DNA of 64,000 nt from Pseudolabrys sp. (GCA_035556795.1 DATMEV010000089.1:12837-76836); one strand, 5' to 3'. Shown: positions 37,947 to 47,597, counted from the stretch's first letter. Translations and numbers: made by a program. Notes: generated by a model not told the origin, from the letters alone.

Positions 37947-39155
37947 CTATTTCAAGTTGCAGGCCGGGTCGGGCGGGCCAAAAGCGTCATCACCTTTGAT
38001 GGTTGTCAGGATCTTGTAGTAATCCCATGGGGCCTTCGATTCTTCCGGTGATTTAACCTGCACCAGGACGAGGTCGTGGACCATCAGACCATCGGGCCGC
38101 AGCTTGCCATTGCGCGAGAAGAAATCGTTGATCGGCTTTTCCCGCATTTTGGCCGTGACCTTCAGCGGATCGTCGGTGCCGGCTTCCTTCACCGCATTGA
38201 GGTAATGGATGACTGACGAATAGACGCCGGCCTGCCACATGGTCGGCATGCGCTTCATTTTTTCGAAGTAGCGTTTCGACCAGGCGCGAGTCTGATCGTC
38301 CATATCCCAGTAGAACGAGGTGGTCAGCACCAAGCCTTGCGCGGTTTTCAGGCCGAGTGCGTGGATGTCGGTGATCAGCACGAGCAGGCCTGCAAGTTGC
38401 TGGCCGCCTTTGATGATGTTGAATTCGGAAGCGAGCTTGATTTCGTTGGTATTGTTTGGCGGACCACCGGCGATGCCGATGACCTTCGCCTTCGAGGCTT
38501 GCGCCTGCAGCATGAATGACGACAGTTCCGGTGCGGCGAAGGGAGGCTTCACCGAGCCCAGCACCTTGCCGCCATTGGCCTGGATCACCTCGGTGGCGTC
38601 TTTTTCCAGCGAATGGCCAAAGGCGTAATTATCCGTGATAAAGAACCAGCTATCGCCGCCGCGTTTGGTGATTTCTTTGGCTGTTCCAACAGCAAGCGCG
38701 CGCGTATCGAATACCCATTGCAGCGCGTAGGGTGTGCAGAACTTGCCGTGGAAATCGGTCGATCCTGTTGCGTGAGTGATCATCAGCTTCTTTTTTTCTT
38801 TCGCGATGTTCTGCACCGCGAGGCCGACCGACGACACTGGCACGTCGAGGATCAGGTCGACCTGTTCGACGTCGTACCACCGACGGGCAATGCCGGCACC
38901 GACGTCAGGCTTCAACTGGTGATCGGCGAAGATCAGTTCGATCGGCTTGCCGTTGACCTGGCCGCCGAAGTCGTCGACCGCCATCTGCGCGGCGGTGACC
39001 GAACCTTGTCCTGTCGGCGTTGACGCCGGGCCGGACATGTCGGTCAGCACGCCGATCTTCACCTTGTTGTCTGATACCTGCGCTTGCGCAAAGCTTGCAA
39101 ACGTCGCTCCGATCAACAGGCTGGTCAGGCCCGCGACGAGAGATGCACTCCGCAT
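37947..39155 (-). CDS. ABC transporter periplasmic substrate-binding protein (LivK/branched-chain amino acid/amide family)
   Basis: Signal peptide MRSASLVAGLTSLLIGATFASFAQAQ. KIGVLTDMSGPAS...AAQMAVDDFGG is typical of type-I PBPs. Last gene of the hyuA-hyuB transcription unit. Confidence 0.82.
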   Translation of the reverse strand: MRSASLVAGLTSLLIGATFASFAQAQVSDNKVKIGVLTDMSGPASTPTGQGSVTAAQMAVDDFGGQVNGKPIELIFADHQLKPDVGAGIARRWYDVEQVDLILDVPVSSVGLAVQNIAKEKKKLMITHATGSTDFHGKFCTPYALQWVFDTRALAVGTAKEITKRGGDSWFFITDNYAFGHSLEKDATEVIQANGGKVLGSVKPPFAAPELSSFMLQAQASKAKVIGIAGGPPNNTNEIKLASEFNIIKGGQQLAGLLVLITDIHALGLKTAQGLVLTTSFYWDMDDQTRAWSKRYFEKMKRMPTMWQAGVYSSVIHYLNAVKEAGTDDPLKVTAKMREKPINDFFSRNGKLRPDGLMVHDLVLVQVKSPEESKAPWDYYKILTTIKGDDAFGPPDPACNLK

Positions 39156-39233
39156 TGTCGTTCCTCCCGGTTTATTTTCTGATGAAAACTCCTAGCAGTA
39201 AGATCCACAAGCACGAGATGGGGCAATCCGACT

Positions 39234-40781
39234 TTATGGTGCGCCGTAACCCCCGCCGCCTGGTGTCTCCAGCGTGACTTCGTCGGCGGGCTTCATCACC
39301 ATCTTGCGAGCTTCGCTCACCGGCTTGCCGTTGACAAGGAAACGTCCGGCTGCGCCCGGGGCACCGCCGCCGAGCCCTTCTGGGGCAAGGTTGGTGCGGC
39401 TCGCCACCGCATTGAGCAACCAGTCGCTGCTGGTGCGCATCGTCCATTGAATGGTCTGTCCGTCGCCGCCACGCGAGGCGCCGTTGCCGCCGGAGCCGCG
39501 CCGCAATTCTTTCTTGCTGAACAGGATCGGCATCGAGGCTTCCAGCACCTCGATCGGTACGGCGGCGACGCCGGTCGGGTAACAGGTTGCCGAAGGGCCG
39601 GGTTTATTCTGACGAGCGCCCATGCCACCGGAATAGTTGAACATCGACGACGTGAAGGGATCGCCACGATCGTCGCGGCCCTGGATCTGGATCGTCCATA
39701 CTGCGCCGGAACCCTCCGCCAGCACCCGCTCCGGCATCACATGATAGAGCGCCTTGAGGATTGGCATCGGTACATACATCCCGACCACGTGGCGGGCATT
39801 GACCGGAACCGGATACTTGCAGTTCACGATGCAGCCTTCCGGCGCGATCACTTTGATCGGCGCGAGGCTACCGAAATTGTTCGGCAATTCGGGGTCGAGA
39901 CAGGAGCGGATCGCGAAGGTCGAATAGGCATGAGTGTAGTTCATCACCACGTTGATGCCGTAGGGGCTCGGTCCCGAACTGCCGGCGAAGTCGATGGTGA
40001 TCTCACCGAGTTTCGGATCGATGGTGATAGCTGTCTTCAGCGTGATCACGTCGCCGCCGGGGACGTCGAACGAACTTTCGCCGTGGAAGGTGCCGCCTTT
40101 CAGCTTGCGGATGGATTCTCGAGTCGCCTTCTCCGAGCGCGAAATGATCTCTTCTGATATTTCGTCGATGTCGTCGTGGTTCTGGCGGTCAAGCAGTGCC
40201 GAAAGACGTTTGCAGGCGAGCTTGGCGCTCGATACCTGCGCCGCAAGATCGCCGAAGACGTGGTCCGGCGTGCGCACGTTACGCCGGATCATGTCATGCA
40301 GAGTTTTGTTTGGCTCGCCTGCCTCGTAGAGCTTGAGCATCGGGATCCAGAGACCTTCTTCATGCACGTCGCGGGCGCCGGCGCCGACGCCATAGCCGCC
40401 GATATCGGTGTGGTGAATGGTCGAGCCGAAGAATCCGATCAGTTTGCCCTTGTGGAAGGCCGGCAGCATTACGGTGATGTCAAAAAAGTGCCCCGCCGAC
40501 AGCCATGGGTCGTTGGTGATCAGCACGTCGCCTTCCCGCAGCGTCTGGGTCGGGAATGCATCGACAAAATGCTTACCGGCGGCAGCGAGCGAATTGATGT
40601 GGCCCGGCGTGCCGGTGACCGCCTGCGCCACCATGCGGCCGCGTCGGTCGAACAATGCGTTGGCGAGATCGCCAGCCTCGCGCACAATCGGCGAGAAGGC
40701 AATGCGCTGCAGCGCCTTCGCCTGCTCACTGACGATGCTGATGATGTTGCTCCAGACGATTTCGAGCTCAATGCCGTCCAT
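39234..40781 (-). CDS. hydantoinase B/oxoprolinase family protein
   Basis: MDGIELEIVWSNIISIVSEQAKALQRIAFSPIVREAGDLANALFD is a classic HyuB N-terminus. ATG at 40781 lies 5 nt after the hyuA stop, behind AGGAG. Confidence 0.88.
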   Translation of the reverse strand: MDGIELEIVWSNIISIVSEQAKALQRIAFSPIVREAGDLANALFDRRGRMVAQAVTGTPGHINSLAAAGKHFVDAFPTQTLREGDVLITNDPWLSAGHFFDITVMLPAFHKGKLIGFFGSTIHHTDIGGYGVGAGARDVHEEGLWIPMLKLYEAGEPNKTLHDMIRRNVRTPDHVFGDLAAQVSSAKLACKRLSALLDRQNHDDIDEISEEIISRSEKATRESIRKLKGGTFHGESSFDVPGGDVITLKTAITIDPKLGEITIDFAGSSGPSPYGINVVMNYTHAYSTFAIRSCLDPELPNNFGSLAPIKVIAPEGCIVNCKYPVPVNARHVVGMYVPMPILKALYHVMPERVLAEGSGAVWTIQIQGRDDRGDPFTSSMFNYSGGMGARQNKPGPSATCYPTGVAAVPIEVLEASMPILFSKKELRRGSGGNGASRGGDGQTIQWTMRTSSDWLLNAVASRTNLAPEGLGGGAPGAAGRFLVNGKPVSEARKMVMKPADEVTLETPGGGGYGAP

Positions 40782-40786
40782 GCCGG

Positions 40787-42868
40787 TTACTCCTGCGAAA
40801 CCGTGGTTTTGGAAGCCATCAGGCATCCGGTTTTGTCGACCTTGGCCTGCCAGTTGGGCAGGATGATAATCGTCGTCTCGCGCTCTTCGATGATCGCCGG
40901 CCCCTCGATCACCTGACCCAGCGCCAGGTCGCTGCGCGCATAGACCGGTGTGTCGACATCATCGCCGTTGAAGCGGGCGCTGCGCGTGTTGCGCGCCTTT
41001 GCTGGCTGCGGCTTGAGGTCGATCTTGCTGTCGCGCGTGGCGAGGGGGCCGGTGGCGACCAGCCTCCAGCTCACGATCTCGATATCCACTTCGGGTAGTC
41101 GCAGGCTGTAGAGCTTCTCGTATTCCGTCTCGAACACATTCCGCACGGCGGCGGGGTCGTGCTGTCGGCGCGGATCGGCGTCGAACCACGCCGTTACTTC
41201 GTTTTGCTGGCCGAAATAGCGCATGTCGGCGCCGAACTTGAACTCGATCTCGTCCGGTTTGCATCCGGCGCTGGCGAGCCCCTGGCGGGCATCGTCCACC
41301 AGCTTGTCGATGATGTGGTCGACGGCATGCCAGTCGACCGCCGACAGGCGGGAGAGCGCGCCCTGGCTGAGGTCGAGGCGTGGCGGCGTTACCAGCGTCC
41401 CGAAGGCAGACAGCACGCTGGCGAGTGGTGGATAGATCACCATCGGGCTGTCCAGCAGGTCTGCAACGTAGCAGGCATGCACGGGGCCTGCGCCACCGAA
41501 GGCAAACAGCGGTACACCGCGATAGTCGATGCCGCGGTCGACTGCATGTGCGCGGGCTGCGGCGGTCATCGATTCGCCGACGACGCGATAGATACCGGCG
41601 GCAACGTCGCGCGTCGAGGTGCCGAGTTTCTTGCCCAAGTCGGCCATCTGCGTCTCGGCGCCTTTGAGGTCGAGTTGCATATCACCGCCAAGGAAGTTCT
41701 CGGCGTCGAGATAGCCGAGCACCAGATCGGCATCGGTGACGGTTGGGTTGGCGCCACCGCGGCCATAGGCGACCGGACCGGGCGTCGAGCCGGCGCTCTG
41801 GGGCCCGACCTTTAACAGGCCGAGGTTGCTGACCGAGGCGATGCTGCCACCGCCTGCGCCGATCTCGATCATGTCGACGGAGGGAATGAGGATCGGCAGG
41901 CCACTGCCGGCTTTGAAGCGATAGATGCGGTCGACTTCGAAATCGCCGGTCACCAGCGGGTGCCGGTCCTCGATGATGCAGGCTTTCGCGGTGGTGCCGC
42001 CCATGTCGAACGACAGCAGCCGATCGAGGCCGAGAACCTCGGCATAGTAGGCGGCGGCGAGCGCCCCGGCTGCAGGGCCGGATTCGACCATCCTCACCGG
42101 CAGCTTCTTGGCGATATCGATGCCGATGACGCCGCCATTGCTCAGCATGATCAGAGGCTGATTGACGAAACCGCGCTGTTTCAGGCCGGTGAGTAAAGCG
42201 TCGAGATAAGGGCCGGTGATCGGCGCCGTATAGGCGTTCATGACCACCGTGGAGGTGCGTGGATATTCGCGGATCTGTGGGGCTACGTCGGAGGAGATCG
42301 AGACGTACAGTGCCGGCGCGCGCTGCGTGATCACTTCGCGCATCGCACGCTCGTTTGCCGGATTGAGATAGGCGTTGAGGAATGAAATCGCGACTGAGGC
42401 GACGCCCTTTGCCTTCAGCTTGTCGACCAGAATTTCCGCCGCTTTGAGGTCCAGCGGAGTCAGGATCTCGCCGGTTGCCAGCACCCGCTCCGGCAGCCCG
42501 AATGTCATTTCCGGCGAGACGAGTTGTTCCGGAAACTCGATCTGCGGATCGAACATCTCGTAGCGATGCTCGTCGCGGATGTTGAGGACGTCGCGAAAAC
42601 CCTCGGTGACGAGCAGGGCGGTCAGCGGTCCCTTGCGTTCGATCACCGCGTTGGTGACCACGGTGGTCGCATGTACGACGACATCGGTGATGTCGGTCGG
42701 CGCGATCGCCGCTTTGGCGAGGATCGCGTCCACTGCCCGGAAGAAGCCGATTTCGAGACTGTCCGGCGTGGTGAGCGTCTTGTCGACCCAGGTTCGCCCC
42801 GAAGCGCTGCGCAGCACAACATCCGTAAAGGTGCCGCCAATATCGACGGCGAGCGCGAAGCGCGACAT
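40787..42868 (-). CDS. hydantoinase A/oxoprolinase family protein (ATP-dependent)
   Basis: MSRFALAVDIGGTFTDVVL... is an ASKHA-fold HyuA N-terminus. 693 aa. Confidence 0.88.
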   Translation of the reverse strand: MSRFALAVDIGGTFTDVVLRSASGRTWVDKTLTTPDSLEIGFFRAVDAILAKAAIAPTDITDVVVHATTVVTNAVIERKGPLTALLVTEGFRDVLNIRDEHRYEMFDPQIEFPEQLVSPEMTFGLPERVLATGEILTPLDLKAAEILVDKLKAKGVASVAISFLNAYLNPANERAMREVITQRAPALYVSISSDVAPQIREYPRTSTVVMNAYTAPITGPYLDALLTGLKQRGFVNQPLIMLSNGGVIGIDIAKKLPVRMVESGPAAGALAAAYYAEVLGLDRLLSFDMGGTTAKACIIEDRHPLVTGDFEVDRIYRFKAGSGLPILIPSVDMIEIGAGGGSIASVSNLGLLKVGPQSAGSTPGPVAYGRGGANPTVTDADLVLGYLDAENFLGGDMQLDLKGAETQMADLGKKLGTSTRDVAAGIYRVVGESMTAAARAHAVDRGIDYRGVPLFAFGGAGPVHACYVADLLDSPMVIYPPLASVLSAFGTLVTPPRLDLSQGALSRLSAVDWHAVDHIIDKLVDDARQGLASAGCKPDEIEFKFGADMRYFGQQNEVTAWFDADPRRQHDPAAVRNVFETEYEKLYSLRLPEVDIEIVSWRLVATGPLATRDSKIDLKPQPAKARNTRSARFNGDDVDTPVYARSDLALGQVIEGPAIIEERETTIIILPNWQAKVDKTGCLMASKTTVSQE

Positions 42869-42907
42869 GCCTGACCTCTGCGTTTCTCAGTCTTGAGTTT
42901 ATCTATA

Positions 42908-42922
42908 CGAAACAATGTTTCG
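42908..42922. promoter_or_regulatory. candidate operator: palindrome CGAAAC-AAT-GTTTCG in the hyuA/ligA divergent promoter region
   Basis: Read directly. It lies 40 bp upstream of the hyuA start and 140 bp upstream of ligA. An IclR regulator is encoded nearby. Confidence 0.3.
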
Positions 42923-43063
42923 GACAGGACTATAGAAAGTGGTATTTTTGCTGTCAATTTCCTGCACAGCGTTGACGTGTTGAAAAAATCTCTGATAGCA
43001 TGTTCCGTAAAGAAGAAACTTGTCTCATTAAAAGAGACTTGATGGCGGGCGGAAAACGACGGG

Positions 43064-43453
43064 ATGGAGAAGGTCATGGCAGGTGCGACCTATCGCGATA
43101 CGTCGATCCCTGGCACCTCGGTTTTCACTGGTGCGCGATCGCGGCAGGGCTATCGGATCAACAAGTTCTCGATGTCGTTGACCGAGCCAGCTAACCGCGA
43201 TGCATTCAAGGCTGACGAACGCGCCTACATGCAACGCTTCGGCATGACCGATCGAGAGATCGATCTTGTGCTGAAGCGTGACTGGAAAGGGCTCGTAGAG
43301 GCTGGCGGCAATATCTATGTGCTCATCAAGGTGGGCGGCGCAGTCGGCGAGAACCTTCTTAAAATGGGCGCGCAGATGCGTGGGCAGAGCCTGGAAGAGT
43401 TCATGAAAACGCGCCCCGGCCCACAGGGCATGGCGGTCACGCGCAATCATTGA
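43064..43453 (+). CDS. ligA: protocatechuate 4,5-dioxygenase alpha subunit (LigA family)
   Basis: IPGTSVFTGARSRQGYRINKFSMSLTEPANRDAFKADERAY...AGGNIYVLIK aligns by eye with Sphingobium LigA. Alternative ATG at 43076. Confidence 0.85.
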   Translation: MEKVMAGATYRDTSIPGTSVFTGARSRQGYRINKFSMSLTEPANRDAFKADERAYMQRFGMTDREIDLVLKRDWKGLVEAGGNIYVLIKVGGAVGENLLKMGAQMRGQSLEEFMKTRPGPQGMAVTRNH

Positions 43454-43471
43454 AGGCGGGGAGGCTGGAAT

Positions 43472-44308
43472 ATGGCGAGGATCGTCGGCGGGGTAGGCTG
43501 CTCGCACGCGCCGTCCATTGCACACTCGTTCGATCGCGGGTTGCAGAAAGACCCGCTCTGGGCGCCGCTTTATGACGGCTTCGAACCCGCAAAGGTTTGG
43601 CTCGACGCGCTCAAGCCCGATCTGATCGTTACCGTCTACAATGACCATATGAACCGCTTCTTTTTCGACGCCTATCCGACATTTGCGTTGGGTGTCGCCG
43701 ACAAACACCCGCAAGCGGACGAGGGCTGGGGCAAGCGCGACCTGCCGGACCTGCCGGGTGACGCGGATTTCTCCTGGCATATGGCGCAGAGCCTGGTCGA
43801 GGATGAGTTCGATCCGACCATCTGCCAGGAGATGCCGGTCGATCACGGCGTGCTGTCGATCCTGCCGTTGCTTACTGACAATCGCTGGCCGGCGCCGCTG
43901 GTGCCGCTCGCTGCCAATGTCATTCAGCATCCGCTGCCGACGCCGAAGCGGTTCTTCCATCTCGGTCAGGCGATCCGGCGTGCCGTCGAGAGTTATCCGA
44001 AGGATCTGCGCGTGCTGGTCGTCGCCACCGGCGGCATGTCGCATCAGCTTCACGGCGACCGTTTCGGCTTCATGAATCCGGAGTGGGATAACGAGTTTCT
44101 CGATCGGCTGGAAAGCGATCCGCAGTCGCTGGTCGCGTTGCGTCACCACGACTACATGGAACGCGGCGGAGCCGAATCCGTCGAGATGATCATGTGGCTG
44201 GCGATGCGTTCGGCGCTTGGCGACAAGGTGCGGCGCGTGCATCGGCATTACTATGCGCCATTGCTGACCGGCTACGGTTTGGTCGTGTTCGAGCAGGCTG
44301 ACGCCTGA
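43472..44308 (+). CDS. ligB: class III extradiol dioxygenase beta subunit (LigB family; protocatechuate 4,5- or gallate-type)
   Basis: MARIVGGVGCSHAP...IVTVYNDHMNRFFFDAYPTFALGV...VDHGVLSILPLL...GGMSHQL. Confidence 0.85.
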   Translation: MARIVGGVGCSHAPSIAHSFDRGLQKDPLWAPLYDGFEPAKVWLDALKPDLIVTVYNDHMNRFFFDAYPTFALGVADKHPQADEGWGKRDLPDLPGDADFSWHMAQSLVEDEFDPTICQEMPVDHGVLSILPLLTDNRWPAPLVPLAANVIQHPLPTPKRFFHLGQAIRRAVESYPKDLRVLVVATGGMSHQLHGDRFGFMNPEWDNEFLDRLESDPQSLVALRHHDYMERGGAESVEMIMWLAMRSALGDKVRRVHRHYYAPLLTGYGLVVFEQADA

Positions 44309-44336
44309 TCGGCAGAATTCGCGGGGGATTACGCCA

Positions 44337-45848
44337 ATGGGAATTCGTACCGGTCAAAATTATATCGAGTCGCTGCGCGATGGTCGCCAGATGTGGATCG
44401 ACGGGGAACTGGTCACCGATGTGACCCGCGACCGCCGCTTTGCCGGCGCCGCCTATACGATGGCGGAGCTCTACGACATGCAGCACGATCCAAAGCTGAT
44501 CGAGCGCATGACCTATCAGTCGCCGACGAGCGGCGAGAGAGTGGGGCTCTCGTTCATCCAGCCGAAAAGCATGAGCGATCTCGAGCGCCGCCGCGACATG
44601 GTGAAGACGTGGATGGACTCCACTTGCGGCATGTTCGGCCGCAGCCCCGACTTCATGAATATTACGCTCTCCGGCTTTGCCTGCGCAAAGGAGGCGTTCG
44701 GGCAGAAGGACAGGAAATACGCGGACAATATCTGGAACTATTACCTGTACTGCCGCGAGAACGACGTGGCGATGACCCACACGCTGATCAATCCGCAGGT
44801 CGACCGCTCCAAGCCGGTGGAGAAGCAGGACAAGGATCTCGCCGCGAAGGTGGTGAAGGAGACCGATGCCGGCATTGTCATTCACGGCGCGCGTATGGTG
44901 TCGACGCTGTGTGCCTATTCACACGATCTTCTGGTGATGCCGTCGACCTATCTCGCCAACAGCGAGGAGGCGCGGCCCTATGCATTCGGCTTCGCGGTAC
45001 CGGTGAATGCGCCGGGGCTGCGCTTCATCTGTCGGCCCTCGGTCATCCATGGCAATCCCGGCTCGCCGATGGACTATCCGTTGTCGTCGCGGCTCGATGA
45101 GACCGACGCGATGGTCATCTTCGACAATGTGCTGATCCCGTGGGAGAAAGTGTTCATCTATCGCGACGCGGAGATGTGCAATGGCCTGTACAACCGCACC
45201 GGCGCGATGCCACAGATCATGCATCAGTTCAGCACCAAGAACCTGGCGAAAGCCGAGTTTATGATGGCGGTGGCTTTCGCCATGGCGCGCTCGACCAAGA
45301 TAGACGCGCATCTGCATGTGCAAGGCATGCTGGCGGAGCTGATCCAGTATACCGAATTCGTGCGTGCCTGCCTGCGCGCCAGCGAGGTTGACGCGGCACC
45401 GAATGCGCAGGGCTTCACCACGCCGGCGGCGATGCCGCTGTGGACGGTGCGCATGATGTTCCCAAAGATGTTCATCCGCATGTGCGAGATCATCCAGACC
45501 CTCGGTGCCGGTGGTCTCGTTGCCGTACCATCCTATGCGGAGCTGTCCGGGCCGGTCGGCAAGGATGTCGAAACCTATTTCCAGGCGGCGAATGCCGACT
45601 CCCGCTATCGCATCAAACTGTTCCGGTTGGCCTTCGATGCGGCGGTGTCGTCGTTCTCCGGTCGTCAGCAGCTTTACGAGCGCTATTATTCCGGCGATCC
45701 GGTACGACTGGCAGGCACGCTGTATGAAATCTACGACAAGGCTCCTTATATCGATCGTATCGGCGAATTGCTCGACGGACTCGAGGAGCGCCGCGACGAC
45801 CCGGAAAAGCCGCTGGCGTTCAGGCCGATCCTGTCGGCCGCCGAGTGA
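44337..45848 (+). CDS. 4-hydroxyphenylacetate 3-hydroxylase family (HpaB-type) flavin-dependent oxygenase component
   Basis: MGIRTGQNYIESLRDGRQMWIDGELVTDVT...FGRSPDFMN...THTLINPQVDRSK; 503 aa. The substrate cannot be inferred. Confidence 0.82.
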   Translation: MGIRTGQNYIESLRDGRQMWIDGELVTDVTRDRRFAGAAYTMAELYDMQHDPKLIERMTYQSPTSGERVGLSFIQPKSMSDLERRRDMVKTWMDSTCGMFGRSPDFMNITLSGFACAKEAFGQKDRKYADNIWNYYLYCRENDVAMTHTLINPQVDRSKPVEKQDKDLAAKVVKETDAGIVIHGARMVSTLCAYSHDLLVMPSTYLANSEEARPYAFGFAVPVNAPGLRFICRPSVIHGNPGSPMDYPLSSRLDETDAMVIFDNVLIPWEKVFIYRDAEMCNGLYNRTGAMPQIMHQFSTKNLAKAEFMMAVAFAMARSTKIDAHLHVQGMLAELIQYTEFVRACLRASEVDAAPNAQGFTTPAAMPLWTVRMMFPKMFIRMCEIIQTLGAGGLVAVPSYAELSGPVGKDVETYFQAANADSRYRIKLFRLAFDAAVSSFSGRQQLYERYYSGDPVRLAGTLYEIYDKAPYIDRIGELLDGLEERRDDPEKPLAFRPILSAAE

Positions 45849-45913
45849 ACTGATGTGAGCGTCTGGCGCGGCAATTGGATACGCATTTTGAACATGGATG
45901 ACGGGGTGGTGCG

Positions 45914-46972
45914 ATGGCGGTAAGCACTGCCGTTTCCATTGGGACGATCGATCTGAAGTCGCCGCTGATCTGCGGATCGGGCGAGCATCTGATGTATGCG
46001 CAGGGTATCCGCCGGGCGCTGGCGGCCGGCGCTGCCGCGGTGGTGTCGAAATCGGTCAATGAAAGCGAGGCGGCGCGCCGCCAGCTTGACCGCACGGATT
46101 ATGCGCTGCTCGACAGCGCATGGCAGCGGCTGCCGTGGGATTTTTCCCCGCCTGCCGATGCCAGCCTGTTGTGCCGATCCGGCCTCTCGCAGCAGACCTT
46201 CGAAGAATGGCTGCCGATGGTTGCCGGCCTTGATCGCGAGGCGAAGGCGCAAGATGCCTATGTGGTAGCCAGCCTGATCCTCGCCGACCTTGATCGCTGC
46301 GTGGAGATGGCGCGCGCCATTGAACAGGCGGGATTGCGTATCCTCGAACTCAACATCGGCGCGCCGCACGGCAATGAGGCTGCGCCTGGTGCGATCGTTC
46401 TCGAGCGGGACAACCAGCGGGTGCGTAATATCGTCGCCCGTGTCCGCGCGGCGGTGCGGATGCCGCTGTGGGTGAAGCTCACCGGCCAGAGTGAGGACGT
46501 CGCCGCGCTGGTGCTTGCCGCCAAAGAGGGCGGTGCCGATGCGGTCACCGTCATGGGCCGGTTTATCGCCTTCCTCCCGGATACTGAGACACTGGCGCCG
46601 ATGCTGGGCACCAATGCGGCATTTGGCGGCCCCTGGGCGCTTCCCTTAACCTGCCGCTGGCTGGCACAATCGCGTCGGAGCGTCGGTGCCGGCTTCCCGC
46701 TGATCGGCACCAACGGCGCGCGAACCGGTCTTGACCTCGCGCGTTTCCTGCTAGCTGGCGCCAGTGCCGTGCAGGTCACGTCGGCGGTGTTGACAGGAGG
46801 ATTTGGCGTGGTGACGCAAATGGTCGAGACATTCTCGGCCTATCTCGACCGCAAGCAGATTGCTGCGGCGGATCTGATCGGTCTTGCTGCCGACCGCATC
46901 GGCACCTATGCGCAGCAGGAGAGTCGCCCGGGCTACTGGGAACGCTTTGTGACGCCGGAGGCGTTGCCGTGA
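45914..46972 (+). CDS. dihydroorotate/dihydropyrimidine dehydrogenase-like TIM-barrel flavoprotein lacking the catalytic Cys
   Basis: IDLKSPLICGSG...VVSKSV...ILELNIGAPHG...WVKLTGQ...GTNGARTG...AVQVTSA. The loop equivalent to ISCPN (DHOD) or SCPHG (DPD/PreA) reads GAPHG. Confidence 0.7.
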   Translation: MAVSTAVSIGTIDLKSPLICGSGEHLMYAQGIRRALAAGAAAVVSKSVNESEAARRQLDRTDYALLDSAWQRLPWDFSPPADASLLCRSGLSQQTFEEWLPMVAGLDREAKAQDAYVVASLILADLDRCVEMARAIEQAGLRILELNIGAPHGNEAAPGAIVLERDNQRVRNIVARVRAAVRMPLWVKLTGQSEDVAALVLAAKEGGADAVTVMGRFIAFLPDTETLAPMLGTNAAFGGPWALPLTCRWLAQSRRSVGAGFPLIGTNGARTGLDLARFLLAGASAVQVTSAVLTGGFGVVTQMVETFSAYLDRKQIAAADLIGLAADRIGTYAQQESRPGYWERFVTPEALP

Positions 46973-47565
46973 CCCGGCTGCAGGAACAACTGATTCAAGA
47001 GCCAGTCGATTTTGATCGTCGGAGCTTTCGCGATGCGCTGGCCTCATTCCCGACTGGCGTCACCATCATCACCAGCCGCAGCCCAGCCGGGGAGCTGGTC
47101 GGTATCACGGCCAATTCCTTTGGTTCGGTGTCGCTCGATCCGCCGCTCGTGCTGTTCAGCATCGCGCGCAAGGCTTACAGCCTGCAGGTGTTTCTGGGCG
47201 CCCCGGCCTTTGCCGTCAGCGTGCTGGCCAGCGACCAGGGTGCGATCTCCAACCGCTTTGCGGTGTCCTCGGGAGAAAAATGGGAGGGCACGCCTTACAG
47301 TATTGCCAGCAACGGATGCCCGATCATCGACGGGGCGCTGGCCAGCTTCGAGTGCGACCGCCACGCACATTACGACGGTGGCGATCATGTGATCCTGATT
47401 GGCCGCGTGCGACACTTCGAACGGCTGGCGACCGGCGAGCCGCTGGTTTTCAGCCGCGGCGCTTACCGCGAACTGGCGCCGAATACCGATTTCCCGGATT
47501 ACACGAAGGCAGATCCGAAAGTGCTGCCGCCGATCAATGGGTTCGATCCGTGGACGTCGGGTTGA
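46969..47565 (+). CDS. flavin reductase (HpaC/flavin reductase-like domain)
   Basis: FRDALASFPTGVTIITSRSPAGELVGITANSFGSVSLDPPLVLFSIA. GTGA overlap with the upstream gene. Confidence 0.85.
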   Translation: MTRLQEQLIQEPVDFDRRSFRDALASFPTGVTIITSRSPAGELVGITANSFGSVSLDPPLVLFSIARKAYSLQVFLGAPAFAVSVLASDQGAISNRFAVSSGEKWEGTPYSIASNGCPIIDGALASFECDRHAHYDGGDHVILIGRVRHFERLATGEPLVFSRGAYRELAPNTDFPDYTKADPKVLPPINGFDPWTSG

Positions 47566-47597
47566 AAGCAGTATGACCAGCTCTGAAAGTCATCATT

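Noticed and set aside
43028-44248. 406-aa minus-strand ORF across ligA/ligB
   Set aside because: Antisense shadow with low-complexity Arg/His/Ala composition. The plus strand encodes clear LigA/LigB signatures.
47539-47550. GGGTTCGATCC, a tRNA T-arm-like string
   Set aside because: It lies inside the flavin reductase coding frame (…NGFDPWTSG) and no acceptor, D or anticodon arms can be built around it.
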